From contig JAHLWS010000030.1 in assembly GCA_019057795.1 (NCBI GenBank), positions 1-64,000 on the forward strand: DNA of 64,000 nt. The letters run 5' to 3'. This stretch comes from Promethearchaeota archaeon (lineage in GTDB: Archaea > Asgardarchaeota > Lokiarchaeia > Sigyniarchaeales > SOKP01). The notes beneath the pieces were generated by a model. The model worked only from the letters and a program-made list of their open reading frames with translations, was not told where the DNA came from and searched no databases. Both the position numbers and the translations under genes were made by a program. This document shows positions 1 through 8,392 of the stretch, piece after piece. The first letter of the stretch is position 1. The number at the start of each line of letters is the position of its first letter.

Positions 1-165
1 AAGTCAAATAGCAAGTATCGTGGACTATACTTTTGTAAAGATTGCGGGGTTGTCCTAAACTCTGATGTGAACGCTTCCAGAAACATTCTACAAAAAGGAG
101 TCCCTAAATCCAAGTGGATAGGGGATAGAGGATGCTTGAACCATCCGGTAGTGTTGAAAGTCTAA
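1..165 (+). CDS. tnpB: TnpB (IS200/IS605 OrfB, RNA-guided nuclease), C-terminal part; 5' part lies outside the window
   Basis: Not in ORF track. Frame 1 reads KSNSKYRGLYFCKDCGVVLNSDVNASRNILQKGVPKSKWIGDRGCLNHPVVLKV*: Zn-ribbon CxxC followed by the RuvC-III 'D-x-N-A-x-x-N-I' motif. Confidence 0.9.
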   Translation, partial: KSNSKYRGLYFCKDCGVVLNSDVNASRNILQKGVPKSKWIGDRGCLNHPVVLKV

Positions 166-202
166 CTTACGAATCCATAACCTTTAGGCTATGGATGTTC
201 AA
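1..202 (+). mobile_element. Right end of an IS200/IS605-family element
   Basis: tnpB 3' end, subterminal hairpin ATCCATA-a-CCT-tt-AGG-c-TATGGAT (173-196), then TTCAA (198-202), the usual right-end layout. Confidence 0.85.
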
Positions 203-222
203 TAGTTTTCTCTTTTATAATT
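118..222 (+). ncRNA. Predicted TnpB omega/reRNA (scaffold 3' part plus flank-derived guide); boundaries approximate
   Basis: Hairpin GGATG-cttgaac-CATCC (130-146) overlapping the tnpB tail, plus the right-end hairpin; guide inferred from established TnpB biology. Confidence 0.5.
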
Positions 223-3200
223 ATACGTAATAGACTTTAAATTTGCTTCTTCTAACTTCGTGTTGCAATACGGACACTGCACTTCAGCACCTTTTTTTAG
301 TCTTTTGTTGATATTATCCTTTAAAGAAGCAGAGCAGTCTTTATTTGGACAAATGTATAACTTTGCAAATACTATTTCCTTCTCTTCGTTGAGTTCCTCG
401 GAAGAAATTTCAAATTTTTTCGCCGATACTTTATCCGAAATGCTTTCTCTTTTTGTTTCGATGTATTCCTTTAAATAATCGGTACTAGTTCCAATTGCCA
501 ACGAAATCGTCTCACCTGCTTTATAGTCGTTCTTTTTACGAGAGAATTGAATGTTTCTTATTAAATCGTTAACTACGCGTTCATTTAATAGCTTATCGTC
601 AACGCTAACATCCAGATAAATATCACAGTATTTGTGTTCTATTTTTCGCAAATTATCCGCAGATTTTACCGATTTTTTTATTTCTAATTCCTTTACGTTT
701 CCTATTTGCTTAATAATCTCTGGAAATCCTATTTCCGGCATATTTTTTTTTGGTTCTATAATTATTCGTTTGTTTGGCCATCTTAGCCTTATTTTATTTT
801 CTTCCTTTAACGCTCTAATCGATTCTATTAGGTCTCTTACAAATCTCATTTCTTCTTCTAATTTTGCGTCGATTTTTGTTTTATCGGTTTCTGGCCAATT
901 TTGCAGGTGAATGCTTTCAGATTCCTCCAAACCCATTGACTTTAAGTGAGGTTTGAACATTTTTAAGAATAATTCTTCGCTGAGCATTGGATTAATAGGA
1001 GCTAACATCAATAAAACATTGAATAAGACCTTATAAAGTACTGCCATAATCTGGAGCTTATTTGGATCGTCGGAATATATATCAAGTTTTTCTCGGTTTA
1101 ACATTATATACCATCTACTTATATCGCTAACAATTAAATCTCTCAGTTCACCAGGAATCCATGGGAGTTCGTATTTATCGGATAATTCTGTTATTTTTTC
1201 AATAGTAGAATGCGTCCTTGAAAGTATCCACTTATCTAACTTGCTTAGCTTTTTCTCGTCAATTTTAACCTTGGAAGGATCAAATTTAGCTAAACCAAAT
1301 TTCTCATTAGCGTAAACATAAACGTTCCAGATTGTATTGATGATTTTATAGGTATCTGCGTATTCCTTCGCACTGAAGTTTAAATCGCGACCTGGTTGAG
1401 TTGCTCCAATACAATAGAACCGGAACGTTTCGATACCCTTTATCTGCGAATACGACTTCTTGTTTTTTATTTGGTCTAAAGTGCCATTAATAAGATCTTC
1501 AGGTAAAAATGCTGTCCCTTTCGATTTGCTCATTTTTACTTTATCTCGTAAAACCCAGCCGTGCATGTAGCAATTATCGTAATTTTTTTTCCCTGTGGAA
1601 ACCATTGCGCTACACAACAAGCTATTAAACCACCCTCTGATCTGATCTTTACCCTCAAGTATGAAGTCCGCAGGAACCCAAGTGTCGTAATGGCTCTCGC
1701 CGTCGTACACTTCCTGTGAAGCCCACATTACCGAACCTGAGTCCAACCAAACGTCTAGAATGTCTGGTATCCGTTTTTTTGTTCCTTTATTACACTTTTT
1801 ACATTTCCAAGTAACATTATCTATCCAAGGACGGTGCAAGTCTTCTGGGCATTCTCCAGCAATTTCTTTTAGTTCTTTTACCGAACCTATCACTGTTATA
1901 TCGCCACAATCTTCGTTATCACATATCCAAACATTTAATGGAACCCCCCAAAAGCGCTGTCTCGAGATACACCAATCTTTTAGAGAAGTTAACCAGCTTT
2001 TAAACCATCTATTGCCCGCCCAGTCAGGAATCCAATATATCTCTGCGTTTTTTTCTAATAATTCCGAAGCTATGCTTTCAGTTTTAAAAAACCATTGGTT
2101 TGTCGCTCGATACACTAGTTTTGAATCGCACCTCCAACAGTGAGCGTATTCATGCTCTAACTCGCTAGTTAAAAGAAGAGTTCCTTTTTCCTTCAATAAA
2201 GCTAAAATTTCTTTATTCGCGTCAAATACAAATTTTCCTTCAAATACTCCTGCGTCTTTCGTGTAAACGCCCCTTATATCGACTGGAGTAAAAACGGGAA
2301 TATTATTTGCCACACCTACCTCAAAGTCTTCAGGTCCGTGACCGGGAGCGGAGTGAACTAATCCAACGCCTTCCGAGGCCGAAACATATTCTTCCGATAA
2401 AAGGATGGTATGTACTGTATCGCTTTGATTTGCCAATTCTTTTTGAAACGGAACTTCGTCTAATAAGGGATGTATGTATTTTTTACCCTCCAATTGTTCG
2501 CCGTAAAATTCCTCTACAATTTTGTATTTGAAGCCCAATTCTCCAGAGATTAAATGCGTAACGGAAGCTTTCGATAAAATCCAATATTCATTCAAGTCTT
2601 CTAATTTAACTTTTACGTATTCAGCAATCGGATTCGCCATAATTGCTTCGTTTGCCACTAAAGTCCAGGGTGTCGTAGTCCATATTATGAAATATGTATC
2701 GTCCATATCTGCCGATTTTATCTTTAGAAATAAACTTGTATCTATAACGTTTTTATAATCGTGTTCGTGCTTAGCAAGAGCAGTCGCGCACCTTGGACAA
2801 CAATTTAATGGCCTAAAAAATTGGTACATTAAACCTTTTTCGTAAGCTTTTTTCAAGGTCCACCATATTCCTTCGATATAGCTGTTTTTAAACGTTATGT
2901 AAGGATTGTCCCAATCCCAGAAATAACAGCCTAAGCGTTTGAATTGCTCGTTCATTACTAAAAGTCTTTCTTGAGCGTACTCTTTACAATTCTTTATAAA
3001 CTTATCTACGCCATATTTCTGAATCTCTTGCTTATTCTTGATTCCTAGTAATTTTTCAATCTGAACTTCAATAGGAAGCCCATGAGTATCGTATCCTGGG
3101 GTGTCAGTTACCTTAAAGCCTCTCATTCGCTTGTATTTAATTAAGTAATCTTTTAATATCTTATTCCAAGCTGTTCCAAGGTGAATTGAGCCCGTAGTAT

Positions 3201-3351
3201 AAGGTGGACCGTCAATAAACCTCCAAACCTTCTTTCCTTCTTCTTTTTTTCTGATCAAGGAATAAATTTCTTCTTTCTTCCAAAAATCCAATATGGTCTC
3301 TTCTAATTTTATCAGATTCAATCTTTTTTCTAATGTTTCCACGAAAACCAT
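199..3351 (-). CDS. ileS: Isoleucine--tRNA ligase, archaeal/eukaryotic type
   Basis: DGPPY..G.IHLGT (HIGH), GYDTHGLPIE, WTTTPWTL, DWCISRQRFWG, EGKDQ.RGWF, KMSKS. Confidence 0.98.
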   Translation of the reverse strand: MVFVETLEKRLNLIKLEETILDFWKKEEIYSLIRKKEEGKKVWRFIDGPPYTTGSIHLGTAWNKILKDYLIKYKRMRGFKVTDTPGYDTHGLPIEVQIEKLLGIKNKQEIQKYGVDKFIKNCKEYAQERLLVMNEQFKRLGCYFWDWDNPYITFKNSYIEGIWWTLKKAYEKGLMYQFFRPLNCCPRCATALAKHEHDYKNVIDTSLFLKIKSADMDDTYFIIWTTTPWTLVANEAIMANPIAEYVKVKLEDLNEYWILSKASVTHLISGELGFKYKIVEEFYGEQLEGKKYIHPLLDEVPFQKELANQSDTVHTILLSEEYVSASEGVGLVHSAPGHGPEDFEVGVANNIPVFTPVDIRGVYTKDAGVFEGKFVFDANKEILALLKEKGTLLLTSELEHEYAHCWRCDSKLVYRATNQWFFKTESIASELLEKNAEIYWIPDWAGNRWFKSWLTSLKDWCISRQRFWGVPLNVWICDNEDCGDITVIGSVKELKEIAGECPEDLHRPWIDNVTWKCKKCNKGTKKRIPDILDVWLDSGSVMWASQEVYDGESHYDTWVPADFILEGKDQIRGWFNSLLCSAMVSTGKKNYDNCYMHGWVLRDKVKMSKSKGTAFLPEDLINGTLDQIKNKKSYSQIKGIETFRFYCIGATQPGRDLNFSAKEYADTYKIINTIWNVYVYANEKFGLAKFDPSKVKIDEKKLSKLDKWILSRTHSTIEKITELSDKYELPWIPGELRDLIVSDISRWYIMLNREKLDIYSDDPNKLQIMAVLYKVLFNVLLMLAPINPMLSEELFLKMFKPHLKSMGLEESESIHLQNWPETDKTKIDAKLEEEMRFVRDLIESIRALKEENKIRLRWPNKRIIIEPKKNMPEIGFPEIIKQIGNVKELEIKKSVKSADNLRKIEHKYCDIYLDVSVDDKLLNERVVNDLIRNIQFSRKKNDYKAGETISLAIGTSTDYLKEYIETKRESISDKVSAKKFEISSEELNEEKEIVFAKLYICPNKDCSASLKDNINKRLKKGAEVQCPYCNTKLEEANLKSITYNYKRENY

Positions 3352-3481
3352 CTTGATAATGTTGTAATTGTAAAATAAAATAATAATAAACTAAAAAATT
3401 TAACCAATTCACCAAGAAACAGACATATTTTAATGAAAAATTTAAAAAATGGTTATATTAATATCGAGTAATAAATATCTC

Positions 3482-5257
3482 TTAATCCAGCATTAAACTC
3501 GGAGGTGGAATTTTAAGACAGAAACCACATTTGCCAAAAGATTTAATAGTTTGCTGCCAACAGTGAAGATGATAATGTTTTTCACAATGTGGGCATTCTG
3601 CATGACAATTATTTTCACCAGCAATTTTTCTACTACAGCTAGGACACTCAATTTTATGGCATATAACACACGAAAGTACCGAAACCTCAAAAATCTTCTT
3701 TGAGATCGAGTTAAATAAATCCACTAAATAGCTAAATGGAGACCAATCCTCAAAGAAACTCTTAAAAGAAGCTTGAAGGTCGTTCTTTATTTTTTCGTGC
3801 GCTTCTAATTCAAATTCGTTAAGGATTTTAATTGAGGGCACTTTCATGGGGTATTCAATAGGCAAATTGATCTGAAATTCGAAAGTTAAATCTTGAGTTT
3901 TCATCTTACCTTTCATATCCACTCTCAAAATTGACTCAGATGCATCGTATTCAATTTTTTTGTAATGTTCCTTTAATAATTCTATTTCGAAATTTATTCT
4001 AGAGTTTTTATCTACCAACCAGGCGAGTTCTCTTATAACTTCAACAGGTTCAGATTCGCCCTCTACCCAGTTTTTATACGATTTCAATTCTGTCAATGGT
4101 GTCATAATAATTTGTTGTAATTGCGAAGATAAATCAATAATCGGAGGTTTAGGATAAGATTCTAGGTTTACATCCAATAAATACTCTTTAAATCCATATG
4201 TCACCAAATGAACTTGTAACTTGGTTACATCGTCAGAGTCTAAATCGCATTTATATTCGCCAAGAATCTTTTTTGATTCCTGCTCAATATCTTTTATAAA
4301 GTACAACTTGTTCTCTAATTCACGCAAAATATCCACAACGTGAGGAGGTTTTTTAGTATTCCAGTTTCTTAATATGTCTAAAGTTTGATAAACATCGCCT
4401 ATTAAATTGTGAGCTTCTTCTGGAACATTTACCGATGGTTTTTCTGGATAATCGTTAAAATTAATCTGAATTAGGAATGTTTTCGTAAGAGTAATCGTTA
4501 AATAAACGTTTAAATCCCCTTTCTGTTGGGATTTTTGGTCGTACGCGTATTCTTGTTGAATTAAACCGATTTCCGTGTTTAACGCAACACTTGTTTGCTC
4601 GTGATCGGCAAAAAGCTCTGGTTGAGTTAATTCAGTCGTTTCTTGAGATCCAATTTCATCCAATTTTGTAGGTTCAGTTACAAAACTTTCCTCGTGAGGT
4701 TCTTTCTTGGTTGATATATTTTCTTCGATTTCAGAAGGCGTGAGAAATTGCTCGTATTCAAAATCAGGAGGATACGCGTTCAAATCAGGAGTCAAATATT
4801 CTTCTTTTTCTGTTTTCGTTTCCATTTCCGGTGTTTTCACTTCCGCCTCATCTCTTTCTTGAAGCGATTCTGTTTTAATTTGCTCAGAAGCTTCATTAAC
4901 CTCGGATATATCAGATGTAGGGGTTGATGGTAGATGTTCTTCTTTTTCCGATCCTCGCAATGCCTGCTGGATTTTTGCTTTAAGTTCAGCAATTATATCT
5001 ACTACTGAAGAATTTGTTGTCCAATTATTAACAGTTTCTAATTGAAAATCTCCTAAAAGTTCCTTGATCTCCTTGTGATGCCCTAAATCCGGAGGAATGT
5101 ACGGAAAATCGTCGCCAAACTTAATCTCTAATTCGTATTTCCCTTCTGGAGTCTCGTACACATACCCATATAAATGCGAGATGTTCCCGGAAACCATCCA
5201 GAACGAGAATTTGGTGGCAATTTTTTGGGCTTCCTTTAAAATTCTTTGCTTATCCAT
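3482..5257 (-). CDS. Multi-UEV/RWD (non-catalytic E2-fold) protein with C-terminal C4HC3-type RING; putative ubiquitin E3 ligase
   Basis: Four [F/Y]P..[P]P plus downstream W-helix units (FPYIPP/NNWTT, YPEKP/RNWNT, YPKPP/KNWVE, YPMKVP/EDWSP), acidic linker, and C-terminal CPSC..CPHCEKHYHLHCW..CGFC. Confidence 0.75.
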   Translation of the reverse strand: MDKQRILKEAQKIATKFSFWMVSGNISHLYGYVYETPEGKYELEIKFGDDFPYIPPDLGHHKEIKELLGDFQLETVNNWTTNSSVVDIIAELKAKIQQALRGSEKEEHLPSTPTSDISEVNEASEQIKTESLQERDEAEVKTPEMETKTEKEEYLTPDLNAYPPDFEYEQFLTPSEIEENISTKKEPHEESFVTEPTKLDEIGSQETTELTQPELFADHEQTSVALNTEIGLIQQEYAYDQKSQQKGDLNVYLTITLTKTFLIQINFNDYPEKPSVNVPEEAHNLIGDVYQTLDILRNWNTKKPPHVVDILRELENKLYFIKDIEQESKKILGEYKCDLDSDDVTKLQVHLVTYGFKEYLLDVNLESYPKPPIIDLSSQLQQIIMTPLTELKSYKNWVEGESEPVEVIRELAWLVDKNSRINFEIELLKEHYKKIEYDASESILRVDMKGKMKTQDLTFEFQINLPIEYPMKVPSIKILNEFELEAHEKIKNDLQASFKSFFEDWSPFSYLVDLFNSISKKIFEVSVLSCVICHKIECPSCSRKIAGENNCHAECPHCEKHYHLHCWQQTIKSFGKCGFCLKIPPPSLMLD

Positions 5258-5380
5258 TTAGAACTCAGTTTTTTTTATATTTTTTTTATATTTAAAACAT
5301 CACAGTATTTTCTTAAAAATATTTATAAAAATGATAATTTTTCTATAAGATTAGACTTATTTCAAAAAAGCCATAATCTT

Positions 5381-5440
5381 TAAATAATTATCAGTAATTA
5401 TATATAATTAAGCATAATTAAATTAGGTTAAATATAATTA
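5381..5440. promoter_or_regulatory. Array of TAATTA hexamers at exact 10-bp spacing in a divergent intergenic region
   Basis: TAATTA at 5385, 5395, 5405, 5415 and 5435, with AGGTTA at 5425. Confidence 0.4.
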
Positions 5441-5459
5441 AGCCGATAGTTGATGAAGA

Positions 5460-5615
5460 ATGCCAAATAATTGGGAGATTGGAAAAGAAGCTAGAGAACT
5501 AAATGAAAAAACTATTTTTGAAAGAATGAAAATCGAAAGGCGTTCTATCAAAAGGTTAGCAGGGGCATTTGTTATTTATTTCTTAACAATGATTTCGTTC
5601 TATTTCTTATTATAA
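5460..5615 (+). CDS. Small (51 aa) protein with a C-terminal transmembrane helix
   Basis: Not in ORF track: MPNNWEIGKEARELNEKTIFERMKIERRSIKRLAGAFVIYFLTMISFYFLL*, ending 12 bp before the TauE/SafE gene. Confidence 0.55.
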   Translation: MPNNWEIGKEARELNEKTIFERMKIERRSIKRLAGAFVIYFLTMISFYFLL

Positions 5616-5627
5616 GGTAAAATAAAG

Positions 5628-6419
5628 ATGGAATTAATATTGCTAATTATATTATTAGCATTTTTATTTGAATCAATGGATTCTTCATCTGGTATGGGAT
5701 TTGGTACGGCATTAGCACCATTATTATTCTTACTTGGTTATAGTCCGCTCCAAGTCGTTCCTACACTTTTAATTTCTGAAACTATAACAGGCTTAGTTGA
5801 CGCTTTTTTTGATCATGAATTTAAAAACGTTAATTTTTCTTTCCGTCCTCTTAGTGACGCCACTAAACTTGCGCTTTATATGGGATTTTTTGGCTGTATA
5901 GCAATATCAATTTCAATTTCTCTAGGATATTTTGCGATAAAATTTCCAGATTACATTATTAAAACATATGTAGCAATATTAGTTATGTTCATGGCTATTG
6001 TAGGCTTTTTAAGAATAAAATTGAAGAAGCGTAATACTTTCAATCCGAGACCTAAAATGCTTTTAGCTTTTTCTACTCTGGCAGGCTTCAATAAAGGAAT
6101 AGGCGGTGGAGGATATGGTCCGGTTATTACTATGGGTCAAATATTTTCGGGTGTTTACGAAAAAAGTGCAACTGCCATCGTATCTTTTTCAGAAGCGATG
6201 GTTTCTCTTATGGGAATTTTTACTTTCTTCCTAATAAGTTATGCCGGAGTAGAAATTGATCTCTTTCTTTTACCATCAATCTTTACGGGAGGATTTCTTG
6301 CTGCTCTTTTAGCTCCGTATATGGTTAGAGTTTTACCCAATAAAATCTGGAAATATTTTATACCTATTTACGCTTTAGGCATAGGAGTTTTTTCGCTATT
6401 AAAATTATTTATTCCATAA
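5628..6419 (+). CDS. TauE/SafE (TSUP) family sulfur-compound transporter
   Basis: Hydrophobic two-repeat protein with DSSSGMGFG and GIGGGGYGP motifs. Confidence 0.85.
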   Translation: MELILLIILLAFLFESMDSSSGMGFGTALAPLLFLLGYSPLQVVPTLLISETITGLVDAFFDHEFKNVNFSFRPLSDATKLALYMGFFGCIAISISISLGYFAIKFPDYIIKTYVAILVMFMAIVGFLRIKLKKRNTFNPRPKMLLAFSTLAGFNKGIGGGGYGPVITMGQIFSGVYEKSATAIVSFSEAMVSLMGIFTFFLISYAGVEIDLFLLPSIFTGGFLAALLAPYMVRVLPNKIWKYFIPIYALGIGVFSLLKLFIP

Positions 6420-6430
6420 TCTTACTTTTT

Positions 6431-6499
6431 TTAATATTTTCAAAGGAACTAACATCTTTCAACTTGAAGTTGAAAAATATGTTGATGTTTACGGTGAAT
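6431..6499 (+). repeat. Degenerate copy of 9194-9273
   Basis: ttaatattttcaaaggaactaacatctttcaacttg..gatgtttacggtgaat vs ttaatattatcaaaagaaccgacatctttcaacttg..gatgtatacggtgaat. Confidence 0.7.
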
Positions 6500-6677
6500 G
6501 AACATTAAAACATGGGAAATTTATTACGTCGTTATAAATAATATGATCAGTGATTAATGTGAGATAATACAAGAATTATTAGCATTAATCGTTATAAACA
6601 CCTCGTATCTTAACGAAGTATACCTCTTGAATCTTTTTTAGGATATGATCTTTTTCTTCAAGAATAATTTGAAATAA

Positions 6678-7628
6678 TTATTGATTTTTTGTTTTTTTAG
6701 ATTTCTTATCAACAAGGCTAATAATCTTTTTTAAAAAAACATGAAGGGGTTTCAAAAAAATATTAAAGTCTTCATCATTAATAGTTTTTAGCATGTAATC
6801 ACCAAGAGAGTTTACAGAAAGACTTTTTTCATTTAAAAGAAAAGTTACTTTCTTATCATAATTTTCGCGGTATTTTTTATATAATTCAAGAACATAAATA
6901 ATTTTGTCAACAATTTCATCTTCATAATCCTTGAGATTAAGATTAAACTTTTTGATAATCTTATATATATCAATGTAATCTTTTTCTTTCACTCCAATTC
7001 TTGTTAGTATAGCTCTAATCTTTTCACATAAGATTTCTCTATGATCATAAATTTGTAATTTGAAGTTCTCTGAGAAGGTCTCCACTTCTTGAGGAAATAA
7101 AAATTTCAGCTCCTCACTCTTAGGAATTATATTACTTAAAGACTTTGTCTTTGATTTAAATTTTAAACATTCGCAAAAATTAATTTGAACCTTAATATAT
7201 CCTTCCTTTTCATGAAATTCTGATTTATAATAAATATTCATTGTAATCATCTTTTTATTTCCTCCATATAATATATATCGTTGATTTCCTCTTTCTGTCT
7301 TAAAGTCTAAATCAAGTTTTTTAGATATGTTTTCAATAATAATTAATATTTCTGTTATTTTTTTAGATAATTCCCTTTTTAAGGTCTTACTTCCTTTATT
7401 TTCAAAACATTTTTGGTCTTTCCAAGTAAAAACTAGGTCTTGAGAGAATCTATAATAGTCAAAATAAGTTTTTATTAAACAAGTTCCTCCTTTAAATAAT
7501 AGGTTTTCCCTTAAAAACTGGTTTTTTGCAAATTCAGAAAGGATTTTATGAAGGATTAAATCAATCTCAATTAATTCCGGGTTATTATAATTAAGGATCT
7601 CTTTTAGCTCAATAATAAAAGCTTTCAT
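6678..7628 (-). CDS. AbiEii/AbiGii-family nucleotidyltransferase toxin (type IV TA), catalytic motif degenerate
   Basis: LLFKGGTCL...YYRFSQDLVF (family pattern RFSEDLDF), EILCEKIRAILTR, KDYID. Confidence 0.85.
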   Translation of the reverse strand: MKAFIIELKEILNYNNPELIEIDLILHKILSEFAKNQFLRENLLFKGGTCLIKTYFDYYRFSQDLVFTWKDQKCFENKGSKTLKRELSKKITEILIIIENISKKLDLDFKTERGNQRYILYGGNKKMITMNIYYKSEFHEKEGYIKVQINFCECLKFKSKTKSLSNIIPKSEELKFLFPQEVETFSENFKLQIYDHREILCEKIRAILTRIGVKEKDYIDIYKIIKKFNLNLKDYEDEIVDKIIYVLELYKKYRENYDKKVTFLLNEKSLSVNSLGDYMLKTINDEDFNIFLKPLHVFLKKIISLVDKKSKKTKNQ

Positions 7629-7667
7629 TTTTAATCTATATGTATATCTTACTTAATATATAAAAAT

Positions 7668-8294
7668 TTAACATATTTTTTTCATTATTGTTTTTATGGA
7701 ATTTGGATAATAATTAATATATTCATCTATTTTTTCTAACGAGAGGAGATCAATATATTCAGAAACATTCAAGACAATCTTCTCTTCAGAATTATTATTA
7801 TACTTCCAAACATAAATTAGATCTAAAATTGTTTTCTCCAAATCGGAATATTTAATTTCCTTATTCTCAATGATTCCAAAACTAAGTAAATCACTCTTAA
7901 ATCTTTTGAAAGTAAATTTATTATTAGAAATATTAATTGTTTTACTTCGATAAAGACTATCACTAACAATATAATTAATATTGAAGAATTCATGTGTTGC
8001 ATTATTAAATTTTAATGCAGTGTAGAGTCCAAAATACCAACGTAAATTCATTTTATTTAAAGCCATTGCTGTTAATTCTAATATACTCCTTCTTAATCCA
8101 TATTTTATCTCCCTTGGAGTCTTTATATAAAAAAAACCACGGAATATCCTTATGAAATAGTTTTTTCTAAGAAAATAATTGATTACATATTCATAGTCTA
8201 AATTAAGTGTTTTACAGTCTTTCTTAACCTCTTCTGAGCTGATAAATATTCTATTATTTAGATGGTATTTTTTTAATAAAATTGTTGATTTAAT
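7668..8294 (-). CDS. AbiEi-like antitoxin (~208 aa); frame extends 76 codons upstream of the tracked ATG to an ATT codon
   Basis: Open frame IKSTILLKK...YFIRIFRGFFYIK...WYFGLYTAL...YSDLEKTILD, directly upstream of the AbiEii gene. Confidence 0.75.
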   Translation of the reverse strand: MKSTILLKKYHLNNRIFISSEEVKKDCKTLNLDYEYVINYFLRKNYFIRIFRGFFYIKTPREIKYGLRRSILELTAMALNKMNLRWYFGLYTALKFNNATHEFFNINYIVSDSLYRSKTINISNNKFTFKRFKSDLLSFGIIENKEIKYSDLEKTILDLIYVWKYNNNSEEKIVLNVSEYIDLLSLEKIDEYINYYPNSIKTIMKKIC

Positions 8295-8339
8295 TTTGTG
8301 TCACATCCTGTATTTCTTTTACTTATTGTGACATAAAAT
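8293..8339. promoter_or_regulatory. Inverted repeat, probable AbiEi autoregulatory operator
   Basis: ATTTTGTGTCACA (8293-8305) / TGTGACATAAAAT (8327-8339), 12/13 match, 21-bp spacer, at the antitoxin start. Confidence 0.6.
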
Positions 8340-8392
8340 GAAATTAACTTATAAAAATCTATCTGTTAAAATTTATCAAATCCTTAAAGTAA

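Noticed and set aside
260-3690. Short ORFs antisense to or overlapping ileS and the UEV-RING gene (260..478, 632..910, 1760..2143, 2307..2531, 2522..2758, 3212..3415, 3493..3690)
   Set aside because: Shadow frames of well-supported genes, with no motifs
4770-4935. PSTP and YLTPDL/YPPD in the UEV-RING linker as ESCRT late-domain-like motifs
   Set aside because: They do not match P(S/T)AP, LYPxnL or PPxY; short motifs in a low-complexity linker
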